A program made the translations under genes and the position numbers. From an uncultured delta proteobacterium (GTDB taxonomy: Bacteria > Myxococcota_A > Polyangia > Polyangiales > Polyangiaceae): a stretch of 64,000 bases of DNA. The notes under the pieces were generated by a model. It saw nothing but the letters and a program-made list of their open reading frames with translations, ran no database searches and was not told the origin of the DNA. The stretch covers positions 1 through 64,000 of the forward strand of contig CAVQUB010000014.1 of NCBI GenBank assembly GCA_963716725.1, in the 5' to 3' direction. Positions 60,813 through 64,000 of this stretch are shown piece by piece. How positions within the stretch are numbered: the stretch's first letter is position 1; each line of letters begins with the position of its first letter.

Positions 60813-62030
60813 ATGGCGATCGCCGTGCCCAAGGTCCTGCACATCGAGGATGATCCGGCCAACCGGCTCCTGGTCAGAAAGCTGCTCTCGGTGGCCGGCT
60901 TCGAGGTGGTCGATGCCCAAGACGGGCTGGAGGGCATCCGCAAGGCGGCCGCGGAGCGGCCCGACCTGGTGCTGGTGGACATCGCGATGCCGGGCCTCGA
61001 CGGCTATGAGGTCACCCTCCGGCTGCGGTCGCAGCCCGAGCTCTTCGGGGTGCCGATCGTGGCAATCACGGCGGAAGGCAGTCGGGAAACCAGCCTCGCC
61101 GTGGGGTGCGACGGCTTCCTTCAGAAGCCCATCGATGGGCGAACCTTCGCGGCCACCCTGCGCGGGTATCTGGAGGGGAGGCGCGAGCACGTCACGCCCG
61201 ATCAGACCGGCAAGCAGCTTCGACTCCAGAGCCAGAAGATAGCCGCGCACCTCGAGCAGAAGATCGCTGAGCTCGAGGGGGCAAACGCGCGCATGCGCGA
61301 GCTCGATCTCGCCCGCAAGGAGTTCTATCGGAACATCTCCCACGAGCTGGCGACCCCGATGACCCCCATCGTCGGCTACGTGAAACTCCTGGCCGATCAG
61401 GAGCTGGGGCCGCTGGTGCCGGCCCAAGGCAAGGCGCTGCAGGCCATGGCCGAGTGCGTCGAGCGCCTGCGGGGGCTGATCGACAATTTGCTCGACGTGA
61501 CCGCGCTCGAGACCGGCAAGCTCAAGCTCGACTCGCGCCGCCTGGACTTTGCCGAGGTCTTCGGGCGGGCGTTGGCGGGCCGCCGAGCCGCCTTCGGACG
61601 GGCGGGGGTCGAGCTGGCCGTCGAGGTCCCCGACGCGGTGCTGGAGGGGCAGGGCGATCCCGAGCGCCTCGGGCAGGCCCTCGAACACCTGCTGGACAAC
61701 GCCATCAAGTTCACTCCCTCCGGCGGCAGCGCCGGGGTGCGGGTGCGACGACTCGTGTCCGGTCACGTCGAGGTCGTGGTGGCGGACACCGGCCCCGGCG
61801 TGCCCCGGGACACCTTCGATCGGCTCTTCGACCCGTTCTATCAAGTGGACGGTTCACCGACCCGAGCCCACGGCGGCACGGGAATTGGTCTCGCCATCGT
61901 CAAGGGCATCGTGCGTGGACACGGCGGCGACGTGCGCGTCGTGTCGCCCGCCGACGAGCGCATCGGTGGCGTGCGGCTGGGTGGCGCAGCCTTCACGTTG
62001 CTGGTTCCGGAACGGGCGCCGCGCGCATGA
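60813..62030 (+). CDS. Hybrid histidine kinase (REC-HisKA-HATPase)
   Basis: IEDD...VDIAMP...KP, SHELATP, NAIKFT, DTGPG, GTGIGLAI. Confidence 0.93.
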   Translation: MAIAVPKVLHIEDDPANRLLVRKLLSVAGFEVVDAQDGLEGIRKAAAERPDLVLVDIAMPGLDGYEVTLRLRSQPELFGVPIVAITAEGSRETSLAVGCDGFLQKPIDGRTFAATLRGYLEGRREHVTPDQTGKQLRLQSQKIAAHLEQKIAELEGANARMRELDLARKEFYRNISHELATPMTPIVGYVKLLADQELGPLVPAQGKALQAMAECVERLRGLIDNLLDVTALETGKLKLDSRRLDFAEVFGRALAGRRAAFGRAGVELAVEVPDAVLEGQGDPERLGQALEHLLDNAIKFTPSGGSAGVRVRRLVSGHVEVVVADTGPGVPRDTFDRLFDPFYQVDGSPTRAHGGTGIGLAIVKGIVRGHGGDVRVVSPADERIGGVRLGGAAFTLLVPERAPRA

Positions 62031-63142
62031 GCGCCGACCGCGTGTACCTCGATTGGAACGCAACCACGCCGCCTCATCCCGAGGTGATCGAGGTGATGAG
62101 CGTCGCGGCGCGGGAGACCTGGGGCAACCCATCGAGCGTGCACCACGACGGGCGCTCGGCCCGGGCGATCATCGAAGCACTTCGGGAAGTCATCGCGGGT
62201 CTGGTTCAGGCCGACCCGCGGGACGTGGTGCTGACCTCGGGGGGTACCGAAGCCAACAACCTCGCGCTGTCGGGCGCCCGCGCGTTGGTCGTCAGTCGGT
62301 TGGATCACCCGTCGGTGACCCGCTCCGCCGAGGCGCTGGCGGATCGGGGCGTCCCGGTGGTGTGGCTGCCGGTCTCGAGCGCGGGCCGCGTCGATCCGGA
62401 CAGCGTGGGCCGCGCGCTCGCGGGGCTGGAGGTCGGGGCGACCGCGGTCGTCACGGTGGTGAACCACGAGACCGGGGTCGTGCAGCCCCTGGACGCGATC
62501 TTCGACGTCGCGCGGGGGGCGGGGGCTCGCCTGCACGTCGACGCGGTCCAAGCGGTGGGCAAGCTGGCCCCCGAGAGCTACTCGCGCGCCGACAGCATCG
62601 CGGTGGCTGCCCACAAGCTGCGCGGCCCCAAAGGCATTGGCGCCCTGGTGTTCCGCGGCTCCCCGGCGTTGCTGCGCCCCGTCTTGCGGGGGGGAGCCCA
62701 GGAGCGCGGCCTGCGCCCGGGAACCCAGGACCCGGTCCTCGCGGCTGGATTCCTGAGGGCGCTCGAACGCGCGGCCGATGGGCCGGCTCGCTACGAGCGG
62801 CTGGGGCTCGAGCGCGATCGCATCGAGGCCGCCCTCGGCGACCTCGCGCAACCGAACGTGACCGCGGACCGCGTGCCCCACGTGTCCAGCTTGTTCGTGC
62901 CGGGGGCTCGCGGGGACGAGCTCGTCGCGGCCCTCGACCTGGCCGGGCTCTCCGTCTCGAGCGGCAGCGCGTGCTCCGCCGGATCGAGTGAGCCCTCACC
63001 AGCGCTGAGCGCGATGCTCGGCGACGAGCGCGCGCTGGGGTCCATCCGGTTGAGCTTGGGTGACGCCACCCGCCCCGCGGAGGTCGACAGGGCGATTTCC
63101 GTTTTGATCCGGCTGCTTTCAGCTCGTCGCGCCAACCCCTAA
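62027..63142 (+). CDS. Cysteine desulfurase family (IscS/NifS-like)
   Basis: YLDWNATT, GNPSSVH, TSGGTEANN, HVDAVQ, AHKLRGPKG, SSGSACSAG. Confidence 0.93.
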   Translation: MSADRVYLDWNATTPPHPEVIEVMSVAARETWGNPSSVHHDGRSARAIIEALREVIAGLVQADPRDVVLTSGGTEANNLALSGARALVVSRLDHPSVTRSAEALADRGVPVVWLPVSSAGRVDPDSVGRALAGLEVGATAVVTVVNHETGVVQPLDAIFDVARGAGARLHVDAVQAVGKLAPESYSRADSIAVAAHKLRGPKGIGALVFRGSPALLRPVLRGGAQERGLRPGTQDPVLAAGFLRALERAADGPARYERLGLERDRIEAALGDLAQPNVTADRVPHVSSLFVPGARGDELVAALDLAGLSVSSGSACSAGSSEPSPALSAMLGDERALGSIRLSLGDATRPAEVDRAISVLIRLLSARRANP

Positions 63143-63342
63143 GGCAATGGATGCTCCGACCCGCTTTTTCTCAGAACGCGGGTGATCGACTCGCTCGCAA
63201 CCGATCGAAATCGATCAGCTTTTCGAGGTGGACCAGCGGCCACTGGCCCATTCCATTGAATGGAAATCGAGCCCCGAAATGAGTCACGGGTGTTCAGTCC
63301 ATCCCCGGCGTTGCATCCGTCGCTCGAACTGCGAGAGCGAAG

Positions 63343-64000
63343 TCACTGACTCCGTTGGCGAATTGCCTCGTAGAGGGCGATCCCGGCGGCGACAGACGCG
63401 TTGAGCGAGTCGAGGCGCGAATCGGGAACCAGCCGGGCGAGCACCGAGCACCCGCGCCGGGTTGCTCGGCCCATGCCCTCGCCCTCGCTGCCGATCACCA
63501 GCACCGTTGGTCCGGTCAGATCGACCGCGCTCAGCAGCTGCTCCGCGTGGGCGTCGAGCCCGACCACCTGCACCCCGGCTCCTCGGGCCTGGGTCAGGGC
63601 CCCGGGCAGCGAACGAGCCCGCGCGAGCCGAGCGTGCTCGATGGCGCCGGCGGACGCGCGGAAGGTGGCGGCGGTGAGTGGGGCCGACGAGTGCTCGCCC
63701 CAGAGCACGGCGGCCCCGGCAATGCCGGTGGCGCTGCGGATCACGGCGCCGAAGTTCTGCGGGTCCTGGATGCCGTCGAGGGCCACGGCAAGGAGCGACG
63801 GATCGGTCCAGAGGCTGTGGGGCTCGAGGATCTCGAGCGCGGGTCCGAACGCGAGCACGCCCTGGTGCTGTGCCCCTCCCGAGAGGCGATCGAGCTCGCT
63901 CCTGGCGACCCGGTCGACCCGAGCCACGCCCTGGTCGGACGCGAAGCGGACCACCGCGTCGAGCCGGGGCAGGCGGCGGTCGTCGACCAAGACGCGCTCG
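63343..64000 (-). CDS. rlmB: TrmH-family 23S rRNA methyltransferase, 5' end outside the window
   Basis: HQGV, LDGIQDPQNFGAVIRS, GSEGEG, SLNASVA. Confidence 0.85.
   Translation of the reverse strand, partial: ERVLVDDRRLPRLDAVVRFASDQGVARVDRVARSELDRLSGGAQHQGVLAFGPALEILEPHSLWTDPSLLAVALDGIQDPQNFGAVIRSATGIAGAAVLWGEHSSAPLTAATFRASAGAIEHARLARARSLPGALTQARGAGVQVVGLDAHAEQLLSAVDLTGPTVLVIGSEGEGMGRATRRGCSVLARLVPDSRLDSLNASVAAGIALYEAIRQRSQ

Noticed and set aside
1..64000. tRNA/rRNA genes, prophage or intact transposase/integrase
   Set aside because: None recognised by eye; a tRNAscan/Infernal run would be needed to exclude small RNAs.

Overview
High-GC (~70%) DNA that looks myxobacterial (Polyangiaceae/Sorangiineae-like), judged from a MYXO-CTERM protein, many Cys/Gly-rich lipoproteins and a PEGA + Ser/Thr kinase pair. 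Housekeeping genes (ileS, leuS, folD, coaE, lspA, lgt, lnt, thiG, thiE, cyaY, rlmB, lptE-like, mlaF-like) alternate with accessory surface-protein genes, two DNA-repair pairs (XPB-like + DUF790; MrfA-like + MrfB-like) and TA-like genes. Many genes, including essential ileS and leuS, carry frameshifts that are most likely sequencing indels. The most striking signal is three GxxExxY nuclease-family genes, each tied to inverted repeats built from 8-9 bp periodic units. One sits among ~195 bp REPIN-like repeats (1.6-3.0 kb). Two near-identical copies (36 kb and 56.5 kb) lie inside an IS630-like shell with TA-bounded termini and share one frameshift. Other notable signals: an IleRS with non-canonical HNGH/KESKS motifs and a large insertion, a probable internal RBS + signal-peptide start in an anti-sigma gene, a shared operator-like motif before the mrfA- and mrfB-like genes, and a parS-like site. 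All family assignments come from motif recognition by eye; no database searches were run.
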